Assembly: GCA_035541135.1 (NCBI GenBank)
Contig: DATKNW010000043.1
Location: 17,755 to 81,754, forward strand
Reading direction: 5' to 3'
Length of the DNA: 64,000 nucleotides
Source of the DNA: Verrucomicrobiia bacterium
Lineage (GTDB): Bacteria; Verrucomicrobiota; Verrucomicrobiia; Palsa-1439
Of this stretch, positions 17,935 to 27,005 are shown in pieces. The position numbers and the translations under genes are program-made. The notes beneath the pieces are model-generated. The model searched no databases. It saw nothing but the letters and a program-made list of their open reading frames with translations, and was not told where the DNA came from. Every line of letters begins with the position of its first letter. Position 1 is the first letter of the stretch.

Positions 17935-20136
17935 ATGAGCATCAGCCGGACAACTTTGGTCGCAACGGCTGCCGCCATATTTGCGGTGACCACATGGGTG
18001 TGGTGGCCAAGCGTTCACGGCGAGTTCTTGAGCAACGACGACAAGCTGGCTCTGCAGCAATCGTTTCGCTTAAACGGGCTGACGTGGGCGGCGGTGAAGT
18101 GGGAGCTGAGATACACGGTCGACTACTATCAACCGGTGACAAGACTGTCCCACGTGGTCGACTACCAACTCTTCGGGAAAAACCCGCTCGGACACCATTT
18201 GATGAGCGTCACGGTACATTCTCTCAACGCCCTGCTCGTGTTCGGATTCCTCTGGACGCTTTTGTCGGCTACTTCGCTGTCCGCCAACGAACGGTTCGCC
18301 CTGGCTTTGGGAACGGCCATTGTGTTCGCCGTCCATCCCTTGCAGACAGAGTCCGTCGCGTGGCTGGCAGGCCGGACGCAACTCCTCTGTACAACCCTCG
18401 GACTTGCCTGCCTCTGGGTCTACGCAAAAGGTGGAAAACAATGGCTGGTGTTCGTGTTGTTCCTTCTGGCCATGATGAGCAAACCCATGGCGGTGTCGTT
18501 GCCGTTTATCATGTTGGCCATCGATTACTATCCACTGCAGCGCTACCAGCGGCTCGGTTGGGGCCGGTTGCTCTGGGAGAAGGCGCCGCTGCTTGCGGTC
18601 ACGGTCGTGGCGGGCCTGGCCACCATATTCACCAAGTCCCAGGAAGGCCAGGTCGCAAACCTGGCGGCCATTCCGGTGTTCGGCCGTCTGCGCGTCACAT
18701 TCATCAGTCTTTCGTTTTATCCATTGAAACTGGTCTGGCCGTCCCATCTGTCGCCCGACTATCCGGTGGCTTGGAGCCTGTCGCTGGCTCCAGGCTTGGT
18801 GGTGGCGTCGGTGATCCTCGCCGTCGCGATCACGGTGGCGGCCGTCATGGAACGCCGACGCTGGCCGATGCTCGCCGCCTGCTGGGGAAGCTACCTGGCG
18901 CTGGTCCTTCCTGTTTCCGGGTTGGTGGCCACAACCACTCAACCGATCCTGGCCACGCGCTACGCTTACGTGGCCATGGTGCCGGTTCTTCTTGCCGTCG
19001 GCGCGGTGGTAATATGCGTCTGGCGCCGCTCCAAGACGATGACACATCTGGCGCTCGCAGCCCTGTTCGCAGCTCAACTATGCGCTTTCGGGGCCGGCGC
19101 CCGCCACCTGATCCCCCATTGGCGCACCGACGAAGCCAGGAGGCGGGCCTGCGTGGCGGAGTTCCCGGATGCGGACGTGATCCTCCAAGACTTCGCGATG
19201 GTGGCGCTGGGCGAGGGGGACCCCGATAGCGCCCTCAAATACGCCCAGCGCGATGTCGAGGTCGCGCCGAAAACGTACCAGTCTCATGGCGCCCTGGCCC
19301 TTGTACTGGCCCGTCTGGGGCGGGCCGACGAGGCCATCGCGCAGGCCCGGGAAGCGTGCCGATTAAACCCCCATCCCGGCGCGGGCGAGGTCAATATCGG
19401 AACGATCTTGATGGACCTCGGCAGGCTGCCCGAAGCCGCCTACCACTTCCAGCAGGCGATCCGGATCCAGCCCAACACGCCCACCGCTCATTACAACCTC
19501 GGATGCTGTCTTTACAGTGTCGGCCGGCTGCGGGAAGCCGCCAGCGAGTTCGAGGCCGAACTGAAGATCAACCCCGATTTCGCCGAAGCGCACGATGGAC
19601 TGGCCGGCGTGCTGTTTGCTCTCGGCGATACACAAAATGCCATTGCCCAGTGCCGGCAGGCGCTGAAGCTCAATCCAAATCTCGTCGAGGCCCGCTACAA
19701 TCTGGGACTCGCCCTGGCGCGAACGGGCCGGCTGCCCGAGGCGACGAAAGAGTGGGAAGACGTCGTCCTATCCAAACCAGATAACGCCGACGCGCGCGTC
19801 TGCCTCGCCGAGGCCTTCGAACAGCAGGACAAGGTCACCGACGCCACCCGCGAGTACAAGCTGGCGTTGGAGACCGACCCCCATTGCGCCGAAGCACGCA
19901 GCCGGCTTGGCGCCATCTATCAGCGCGCGGGAAAATTGCCCGACGCCGTCGCCCAATACAAACTGGCGTTGCAGATCAACCCCGCCGATGCCGAGACCCA
20001 TTTCAATCTCGCCCTCGCCCTGGAAAAACTCGGTCGCATCCCCGAGGCGCTCCAAGAATACGAGCAGGTCGTCAGGCTCCGTCCCGATTCAGCCCCGGCC
20101 AAAGACGCCCTGGCCCGATTGCAGCCAGGCCGATAA
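17935..20136 (+). CDS. TMTC-like (GT105 / DUF1736) polytopic membrane protein with a C-terminal TPR array.
   Basis: The first loop has WPSVHGEFLSNDD, and the signature VHPLQTESVAWLAGR is present. About 11 TM segments are followed by about 9 TPR repeats. This is the same family as the seven other TMTC-like genes in the window. Confidence 0.7.
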   Translation: MSISRTTLVATAAAIFAVTTWVWWPSVHGEFLSNDDKLALQQSFRLNGLTWAAVKWELRYTVDYYQPVTRLSHVVDYQLFGKNPLGHHLMSVTVHSLNALLVFGFLWTLLSATSLSANERFALALGTAIVFAVHPLQTESVAWLAGRTQLLCTTLGLACLWVYAKGGKQWLVFVLFLLAMMSKPMAVSLPFIMLAIDYYPLQRYQRLGWGRLLWEKAPLLAVTVVAGLATIFTKSQEGQVANLAAIPVFGRLRVTFISLSFYPLKLVWPSHLSPDYPVAWSLSLAPGLVVASVILAVAITVAAVMERRRWPMLAACWGSYLALVLPVSGLVATTTQPILATRYAYVAMVPVLLAVGAVVICVWRRSKTMTHLALAALFAAQLCAFGAGARHLIPHWRTDEARRRACVAEFPDADVILQDFAMVALGEGDPDSALKYAQRDVEVAPKTYQSHGALALVLARLGRADEAIAQAREACRLNPHPGAGEVNIGTILMDLGRLPEAAYHFQQAIRIQPNTPTAHYNLGCCLYSVGRLREAASEFEAELKINPDFAEAHDGLAGVLFALGDTQNAIAQCRQALKLNPNLVEARYNLGLALARTGRLPEATKEWEDVVLSKPDNADARVCLAEAFEQQDKVTDATREYKLALETDPHCAEARSRLGAIYQRAGKLPDAVAQYKLALQINPADAETHFNLALALEKLGRIPEALQEYEQVVRLRPDSAPAKDALARLQPGR

Positions 20137-20379
20137 TTCCTATCCCCTGCTGTAGCTGCGAGCGGCAGCCGCGGACCTCGCCCATCGGTCTCCTCGGCCC
20201 GTGGGCGCGAAATCAGCGCGGCGATCACCGCGCCGTTTCTCTTTTTCTTCATCAGCAACTTTGCCGTACGGCTCTTCGGGCTGAACTTGGCCAGCGAACC
20301 GCACGCACTGGCTCGTGGCCGAAGCCCGGGCGTGAAGCGGCAAGCTTCCGAACTGCTCCGATAGCAAACCGCGGGCAAA

Positions 20380-22365
20380 TTACTTGGGCCCTGTGAGAAC
20401 GACGTTCCTGTCGCGATTGTTGCGCGCGGCGAATTTCAGCAGCGTCGCGCTGTAGGACGGGAAGACGCAGGTCATGTTCGCCGTGGCATTGGTGATATCC
20501 GGCTCCCGAACAATCGAGGTGAGGTTGGCGGCGGAAACCTGATAGACCGCGGCCGTCGGCTGCGGCGCGTAACCGGTGAGCTGCAGTTGTCCCCAATAAT
20601 CGTTGCTCGGGTTCTTGTTCACCACGATGACCGAGAGCGCGCGGCTGGCCGGATCGGTCGCGGCGTAAGCGGTCAGTAAATTCGGATCATTCGCGTTGGC
20701 GAAGACGGACATCGACGGGAAGTGACCTCCCCTGCCGTCATAGTTCCGATACAGCTTGAACACTTGGTAGGTCGGGCTGTTGGCCGCCGGCGATGTCCAA
20801 TACGTCCCCACGTACAGATCCTGGACTCCGAAAATTCCCAGCACGTCCGCCAGCGCGAGCGCGCCGGGCAGCGTGGTATCCGTTCCCCAGTTGTATTCGG
20901 TGATCGCCAGCTTCAAGCCCGGGCAATGTTGCGCGATCAACGTCTGAAAGCGCGGGATGAGGTTCGGCTCGCCCCGGTTCGGCTGGGTCTGCGTCACGGC
21001 GGTATTGGTGCCCATCCAGCCTTCGTTGGTGTAGGTCGCGTCCCACAGTTCGCGCGTGGAGCGCAGTTGCCGCGCCGGATCAATTCCGCCGTTGGACGAA
21101 TCGGGATAATAATGGATGTCGAGCACGTCGAGCAGGCGCTGCCCCGTTCGCAACTGGTTCGTGCGCACCATATCGAGGAACCACGGCAGAAAATCCTCGC
21201 CGCCGTGCGCCGCCTTGTCGCCGGGGCCGGCCTGGCTGTTCCAGTAAAACCACCACGAGCAGCTCACCGGGCCAAAAATCTCCGATGACGGCGACACGGC
21301 GCGGACCATCGTCGCGTAATTGGTGAACACATTCCACATTTCGTCGTAGCCCATGTTGGCCGGGTGCCAATCGCGGTGGGTGCTCATCCAGATATCCATT
21401 TCGTTGTCGAGCGCCAGGTACGGAAGGGCCACGGAATTGGACGCGAAGCTGCGCAGCCATTGCGCCTGCAGTGCCACGCTATTGGTCGTGCCCGAGTCGA
21501 GCGGATCGTTGACGATATTCTGGCCGTTCGTGCTTACGCCGTTGCCCGCATCGGCTTTGTACGGATCAACGGCCTGCTGCGGACCGTACTTGGCTACGGA
21601 AAAACTCACCGAGGTGGCATCCTTCGCGATCAGCGGCAGCGTCGGAATGCTCAGCAACGTCGCGGCGCCGGCAGCGGCGTTATCGCGGATGAACTGAATC
21701 GGACTGAACGGATAATCGCCATTGCCGGTGATACCGGCCCCGTCCACGAAATACCAATCGTTGCCGGAGCCGCTGGCATTGCGAACCCAGTTGTACGTTG
21801 AGACCCGATTGCCGCCCCAGCGATGAATGCTCGCCCCGATGTCGTGCACGTAGTTCGTGGACGGTGCCCATGCTATTCCGTAGATCAGCGGGCTGATTGC
21901 GTGATTGCTCGCCAACACACTTACCTGAATCACATGGTTCGAAAAGCCGAACGTTCCCGACGTATCCGGCGAGATGGCGACCCCGCCCAGATTTGCTAGC
22001 CCATTGCAGTAAAGGGTGTACCGGCCGCCGTTGATAAAGTTGCTCGTGAATCCCAATGCCACTCGCGACCGATTCGGATCGTACGCGGCGCGAACAGGAG
22101 TGATGCGAGATGAATAGTTCGTATCGTTTTGACTCTGCAACGCGTAATTCGATGCCTTGCTTGCCGACGCGCTCGCCAGACCGGAGTCGAAACAAGCAAT
22201 CACCGACGCCGCTCCACCGGCCTGAACAACAGTGAGATGAGACGGGACCGCGAAGTTTTGGGCGAGCGTCCTCTGATCGACGTGTTGCGTTGACTGTGCT
22301 GTCGATATTGCCGCGTCCACCAGCAGTGCCGCGAGCGTCAGAGCCACACCACTCAGATGTTTCAT
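20380..22365 (-). CDS. Secreted clan GH-A glycoside hydrolase, GH44-like (candidate endo-glucanase/xyloglucanase).
   Basis: Signal peptide MKHLSGVALTLAALLVDAAISTAQ, preceded by a GAGGGAG RBS. An LALDNEMDIW motif (NEP-type acid/base, here NEM) and a later AITEYNWG motif (candidate nucleophile) were seen; an RWGGN motif is also present. Family assignment is from memory of GH44 motifs. Confidence 0.55.
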   Translation of the reverse strand: MKHLSGVALTLAALLVDAAISTAQSTQHVDQRTLAQNFAVPSHLTVVQAGGAASVIACFDSGLASASASKASNYALQSQNDTNYSSRITPVRAAYDPNRSRVALGFTSNFINGGRYTLYCNGLANLGGVAISPDTSGTFGFSNHVIQVSVLASNHAISPLIYGIAWAPSTNYVHDIGASIHRWGGNRVSTYNWVRNASGSGNDWYFVDGAGITGNGDYPFSPIQFIRDNAAAGAATLLSIPTLPLIAKDATSVSFSVAKYGPQQAVDPYKADAGNGVSTNGQNIVNDPLDSGTTNSVALQAQWLRSFASNSVALPYLALDNEMDIWMSTHRDWHPANMGYDEMWNVFTNYATMVRAVSPSSEIFGPVSCSWWFYWNSQAGPGDKAAHGGEDFLPWFLDMVRTNQLRTGQRLLDVLDIHYYPDSSNGGIDPARQLRSTRELWDATYTNEGWMGTNTAVTQTQPNRGEPNLIPRFQTLIAQHCPGLKLAITEYNWGTDTTLPGALALADVLGIFGVQDLYVGTYWTSPAANSPTYQVFKLYRNYDGRGGHFPSMSVFANANDPNLLTAYAATDPASRALSVIVVNKNPSNDYWGQLQLTGYAPQPTAAVYQVSAANLTSIVREPDITNATANMTCVFPSYSATLLKFAARNNRDRNVVLTGPK

Positions 22366-22414
22366 GTGCAGAACTCCCTCGGTTATCACGCCCTGCAATC
22401 GTTTGCGGCCCGGG

Positions 22415-24505
22415 TCAACCCCGTCTGAGTTTGCCCTGTAATCGAATGTCGCGCGAGGAACTCCCAACAAGAATGGCGAACTCACCCGGCTCGGCTACCC
22501 AAGCTCGACGCGCGGGATCATAAAACGCAAACGAACTTTCGTCGAGCGAAATGGACACACGCTGTTTCTCGCCGGGCTTGAGAAAAATCTTGCGGAAGCC
22601 CTTTAGCTCCTTGTTCGGTCGGCCCAGCCGCGGGTGCGCATCGTGGACATAAAGCTGCGCGACCTCACCACCCTCGTGTTCACCCGTATTGACAACATCA
22701 AACTCGGCGAGGCTCTGGCTCAACCGCAAGTTCGAATACTCGAAGCGCGTGTAGGAAAGCCCGTGTCCGAACGGAAACAGCGGTTCGATATTCTTCGTGT
22801 CGAACCAACGATACCCAACGAGCAGCCCCTCCTCGTAACGCACGGTGCCGTTAGTTCCGGGATAGGCATTAAGCGCGTGCGCCGGCGAATCCGCGAGCCG
22901 TTTCGGAAACGTGCAGGGCAGCTTGCCGGAGGGATTGACGTCGCCAAAGAGAATCCGCGCCAGCGCGTTGCCCGCTTCCATTCCGCCGTACCATCCGAGC
23001 AACACCGACGGCACACGCTCCAGCCACGGGCCCATTTCGACCGGCGAGCCGCCAATAAGAATGACCACGGTTCGCGGGTTCGCCTCTACAATGCGTTGGA
23101 TCAACTCGTCCTGATCGTAAGGTAACCTCATGTCGAGACGGTCGGTTTCTTCGGCCTCGAAATTTCTGTCGTGGTTCAATCCGCCGACAAAGATCACCGC
23201 GTCCGCCGCCTTCGCCGCCAGCACCGCGCGCTCGATCGCGTCGTCGCCGGCCTCGCTTCCATAGCCGACGGAATACGTGACATTTGTCACGTCTCCCACA
23301 CGCCGCAAAATCCCTTCCAACGGAGTGATTTCGTGGAAGGCTTTGACCCGGGAGCTGCCACCGCCGTTCGCATCCCGCCGCGTCGCATTCTCGCCAATGA
23401 CAGCGAGTGATTTGATCCCGGCCGGGTCGAGCGGGAGCGCGCCGCCATCGTTCTTGAGCAGGACCATCGCCTCCTCCGCGACGCGCTGGGCGGTGGCCTG
23501 GTGTTCCGGCGTGTTGATCGAGCCGGCCCGCCGGCCCTCGAGCTGGCCCGTGCCGATCATCACCCGCAGATTGCGCCGCACCTTGTCATCAAGCACCGAC
23601 ATCGCGATGTTGCCGCGTTGCGCTTCTTCGTGGAACGGTCGCGCCAGATAATACTCGTCATAGAGCTTGTTGGTGCCCATTTCGAGATCGAGCCCGTTCA
23701 GCGCCGCCTCGCGCGTGTCGTGCGTGGCGTCCCAATCGGACATCACGAGGCCCTGAAACCTCCACTCGCCCTTGAGAATCCTGTTCAGCAGATAATCGTT
23801 ATGGCTGCAGAACTGTCCACGAAACTTGTTGTACGCGCCCATGACGGTCCAGACGCCGGCTTCCTGCACGGCCGCCTGGAACGCAGGCAGATAAATCTCC
23901 CGCAGTGCCCGCTCATCCATCTCGACGTTGATCGTCAGGCGCTCCCACTCCTGGTTGTTGGCGGCAAAATGTTTGACGCACGACGCGACACCGCGCGACT
24001 GCTCCCCGCGAATGTAAGCGACCGCCAGACGCGACGTGAGGAACGGATCCTCACCGAAATATTCGAAGTTCCGCCCGCACAACGGCGTGCGCATGATGTT
24101 CACGCCCGGCCCGAGCATGATATCTTTCCCGCGGGCCAGTGCTTCGTCGCCGATGACCGCGCCCTCGGCCTCGGCAAGTTCGGGATTCCATGTCGCCGCC
24201 AAGGCGATCCCCGCAGGCATTGCCGTGACGAAATCATCCGTGAGCCCGCGCACCTGCCACGTGTCGCGACTCACTTCTTCGCGGACGCCGTGGGGCCCAT
24301 CGGAGAGGTGGCGTTTTGGAATGCCCAAACGGGGAACTCCCGCCACGGTGAACTTCGAATCCCCATGCACCAACGCGATCTTTTCCTCCAGCGTCAGCCG
24401 CGACAGAAGATCGTCGACCCGTTTCTCGACGGGTTGCGTCGCATCCTCGTACACGGGTGAACCTCCGCGCGACGCCGCCCGATTGCTCTTGCCCCGCGCC
24501 GTCAT
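22415..24505 (-). CDS. Glycoside hydrolase family 3 beta-glucosidase (BglX-like).
   Basis: N-terminal GH3 domain with LTLEEKIALVHGDSKF...GIPKRHLSDGPHGVRE. The KHFAANNQE region and SDW aspartate-nucleophile region are present, as is the C-terminal FnIII-like domain. Start chosen at the in-frame ATG (MTARGK...); the ORF-track start is a TTG. Confidence 0.85.
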   Translation of the reverse strand: MTARGKSNRAASRGGSPVYEDATQPVEKRVDDLLSRLTLEEKIALVHGDSKFTVAGVPRLGIPKRHLSDGPHGVREEVSRDTWQVRGLTDDFVTAMPAGIALAATWNPELAEAEGAVIGDEALARGKDIMLGPGVNIMRTPLCGRNFEYFGEDPFLTSRLAVAYIRGEQSRGVASCVKHFAANNQEWERLTINVEMDERALREIYLPAFQAAVQEAGVWTVMGAYNKFRGQFCSHNDYLLNRILKGEWRFQGLVMSDWDATHDTREAALNGLDLEMGTNKLYDEYYLARPFHEEAQRGNIAMSVLDDKVRRNLRVMIGTGQLEGRRAGSINTPEHQATAQRVAEEAMVLLKNDGGALPLDPAGIKSLAVIGENATRRDANGGGSSRVKAFHEITPLEGILRRVGDVTNVTYSVGYGSEAGDDAIERAVLAAKAADAVIFVGGLNHDRNFEAEETDRLDMRLPYDQDELIQRIVEANPRTVVILIGGSPVEMGPWLERVPSVLLGWYGGMEAGNALARILFGDVNPSGKLPCTFPKRLADSPAHALNAYPGTNGTVRYEEGLLVGYRWFDTKNIEPLFPFGHGLSYTRFEYSNLRLSQSLAEFDVVNTGEHEGGEVAQLYVHDAHPRLGRPNKELKGFRKIFLKPGEKQRVSISLDESSFAFYDPARRAWVAEPGEFAILVGSSSRDIRLQGKLRRG

Positions 24506-24615
24506 CCTCGACCGACGGCCACCAACACCGCCGCGACCATTCGTCCAACGTAACCCCAATGTTTCATCTATGCAGACTCATAAGCCAACCGGCAACGCGA
24601 TACGAACCAATTCTG

Positions 24616-27003
24616 TCAACCGAGCGTGGCGACGACTTTTGTGCCGTCCTGGATGCGTTCGATGGGAACGAAGTTGCCCGCGGTCTTCCGGCCATCGACT
24701 ACGAGCGCGGCCACGCCCCGGCTCACTCCGTTCGGATTCCGCACCTCGACCTTCAGCTTCTTGCCGCGGAACATGCGCGCCATCGTGAACCCCGGCCACG
24801 ATCTCGGAATGCACGGGTCGATGCGCAGGCCGTCGATTTCCGGCCGCACGCCGAGAATCCATTGCAGCGCCGCGTGATGACTCCACGACGCGGTGCCGGA
24901 CAGCCACGGGACCCGCGACTTGCCGGCGTTGCGGTTGCAGGTGGCGTACGTCGTCTGGCAATGAACGTACGGTTCGATCTCGCGAACTTCGGCGCGCGTG
25001 TTGTACGCGGCCGGCATGAAGGCCCGGTAATACTCGTATGCTCGGTCGCCGTTGCCGAGCAGACATTCGGCGATGACCGCCCAGCCTTGCGTGTGGCAAA
25101 AGATGCCGGCGTTTTCCTTGATGCCGTGATTGTAAATGACGCCACCCATGACGGTCGGTGGCGTATGGGTGAACGGCGGCGCGCTGAGCATGATGCCGAA
25201 CGGCGTGGCGAGTTCGCGGTGGAGCGCATCCATCGCGCTGCGACCCTGCGCGGGCGACGCGGCGCCCGACATGACGGCCCAGACCTGTGTGTTGATGTAG
25301 ACGCGGCCTTCCGTCTCGGCCTTCGAGCCGTATCGGTGACCGTCGTCGCCGATGGCCCAGAGAAACCACTCGCCATCCCATGCGGCGCGCTGGATGTCCC
25401 GATCGAGCTTTGTCTGCTCGGCGCGCGCCCACGCGGCTTCGTCCGGTAAATCGAGCCGGTCGGCGATTTGCGCGTACGTGACCAGGCCATGGCGGACCTG
25501 GAACGCCACCATCACCGACTCACCGTTGTAGCCCATCTTGACGCAGTCGTTCCAATCCGCGTGGAGGCCGCACGGCAGACCGTTCTTGCCGGAGCGCTCA
25601 AGGTTGAACTCCAACGCGCGGCGCAGGTGGCCGAGCACGGTGGCTTCACCCCGGTCGGCGAACGGCAGCACCTTCTTGTAGAACTCGATGTCGCCAGTCT
25701 CCGCGACGTAATCCGGCACCGCGTTAAAGAACCATTGGCAATCGTCGGAACGAAATTCCTCTGGCTTGGGGGCCGTCATCTGGCCGGGCTTGTGGCGGAA
25801 CGGCTGGACGACCGGCATCGCGCCGCCGTTGGAGACCTGGCCGGTCAGCATGAGTTCGAGCCGGTCGCGGATCCGGTCTTTCAGCAGCGGCATCGCGCCG
25901 AGAAAATCCTGCACGGTGTCGCGGAAGCCGAGCCCATCGCGCTCGCCGTTGTAGATGAGCGAGGCGTGGCGCGACCACGCGTAGGTGATCAGCGCGTTGT
26001 ACGCGCCCCAGACGTTGGCCATCGAGTCAAACTCGGCATCGGGCGTTTTGACGGCGACGCCATCGAGCAGACCATGCCAATGGACTTTGAGCTTCTGCAA
26101 CTCGGCCTCGCAACGTTCCGGCGTGCCGAACTCCCGTCGCGCGGCGTACCCGTGGGACTCCGGTGTCCCGAGGCCGAGCATGGCGATGAGTTCGCGTGTC
26201 TCGCCGGGGGCGAGCGCGATTTCGACCTGCAGTGTGCCGATGGCGTTTTCGCCTTCGGCGAGGAAATTCGAGCATTGGCCATCACGGACCACCTGCGGGT
26301 TGGCGTAGGTATTGTAGATCGTGCCAAAGAAACGTTCGCGGACCGTTTCGTAACCGGCCAGCGGCGCACCGACGAGCGTCATCCACAGCCGGTGACAGCC
26401 CATGAGATTCTCCGGATCGAACGGAATGTACGGATGCACCGCGACGCCCAGCATGTCCTGCTCGACGGTCGCCTTGGCGATGAATTGCGCGTACTGGAGA
26501 TTGCTCAGGTCGTTCGGCATGTGCCACGGGCTGGCCATTTCGCAGTAGGTGAACACGGCCAGCGCGCGCTGATGCTTCGATTGGTTCGTGATCCGCAGCC
26601 GCCAATACTCAAACGCCTGATCGAGCGGCACGAAGTAGGTGCTCTCGGTCACGATGCCCGAGTACCGCGACGTGATGATGGTGTACGCCGTGCCATGCCG
26701 GCATGCGCTCTTGAATTTCGTCAGCGGTTTGCCGACCGGCTGCCACGACGCCGACCAGTAGTCACCGGTTTGCTGGTCGCGCAGATAGAAATACCGGCCC
26801 GGTTGATCCATCGGGACGGAGTTGGAACGCATCCGCAGAAATCGGTTGGAGAGTGCGCTCTTGTAAAACGAGTAGCCGCCGGCGTTGTTGGTAATGATCG
26901 CGCCGTAATCCAGCGAGCCGAGATAATTGCTCCACGGCCGCGGCGTGTCCGGGCGTGTAATGACGTACTCTTTGGCCTTGTCGTCGAAGCGGCCGAATTG
27001 CAT
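24616..27003 (-). CDS. GH94 cellobiose/cellodextrin phosphorylase.
   Basis: From the internal ATG the product reads MQFGRFDDKAKEYVITRPDTPRPWSNYLGSLDYGAIITNNAGGYSFYKSALSNRFLRMR. This matches the canonical N-terminus of cellobiose phosphorylases (MxFGxFDDxxREYVITTPxTPxPWINYLGS...). The length is about 796 aa. Confidence 0.85.
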   Translation of the reverse strand: MQFGRFDDKAKEYVITRPDTPRPWSNYLGSLDYGAIITNNAGGYSFYKSALSNRFLRMRSNSVPMDQPGRYFYLRDQQTGDYWSASWQPVGKPLTKFKSACRHGTAYTIITSRYSGIVTESTYFVPLDQAFEYWRLRITNQSKHQRALAVFTYCEMASPWHMPNDLSNLQYAQFIAKATVEQDMLGVAVHPYIPFDPENLMGCHRLWMTLVGAPLAGYETVRERFFGTIYNTYANPQVVRDGQCSNFLAEGENAIGTLQVEIALAPGETRELIAMLGLGTPESHGYAARREFGTPERCEAELQKLKVHWHGLLDGVAVKTPDAEFDSMANVWGAYNALITYAWSRHASLIYNGERDGLGFRDTVQDFLGAMPLLKDRIRDRLELMLTGQVSNGGAMPVVQPFRHKPGQMTAPKPEEFRSDDCQWFFNAVPDYVAETGDIEFYKKVLPFADRGEATVLGHLRRALEFNLERSGKNGLPCGLHADWNDCVKMGYNGESVMVAFQVRHGLVTYAQIADRLDLPDEAAWARAEQTKLDRDIQRAAWDGEWFLWAIGDDGHRYGSKAETEGRVYINTQVWAVMSGAASPAQGRSAMDALHRELATPFGIMLSAPPFTHTPPTVMGGVIYNHGIKENAGIFCHTQGWAVIAECLLGNGDRAYEYYRAFMPAAYNTRAEVREIEPYVHCQTTYATCNRNAGKSRVPWLSGTASWSHHAALQWILGVRPEIDGLRIDPCIPRSWPGFTMARMFRGKKLKVEVRNPNGVSRGVAALVVDGRKTAGNFVPIERIQDGTKVVATLG

Positions 27004-27005
27004 GG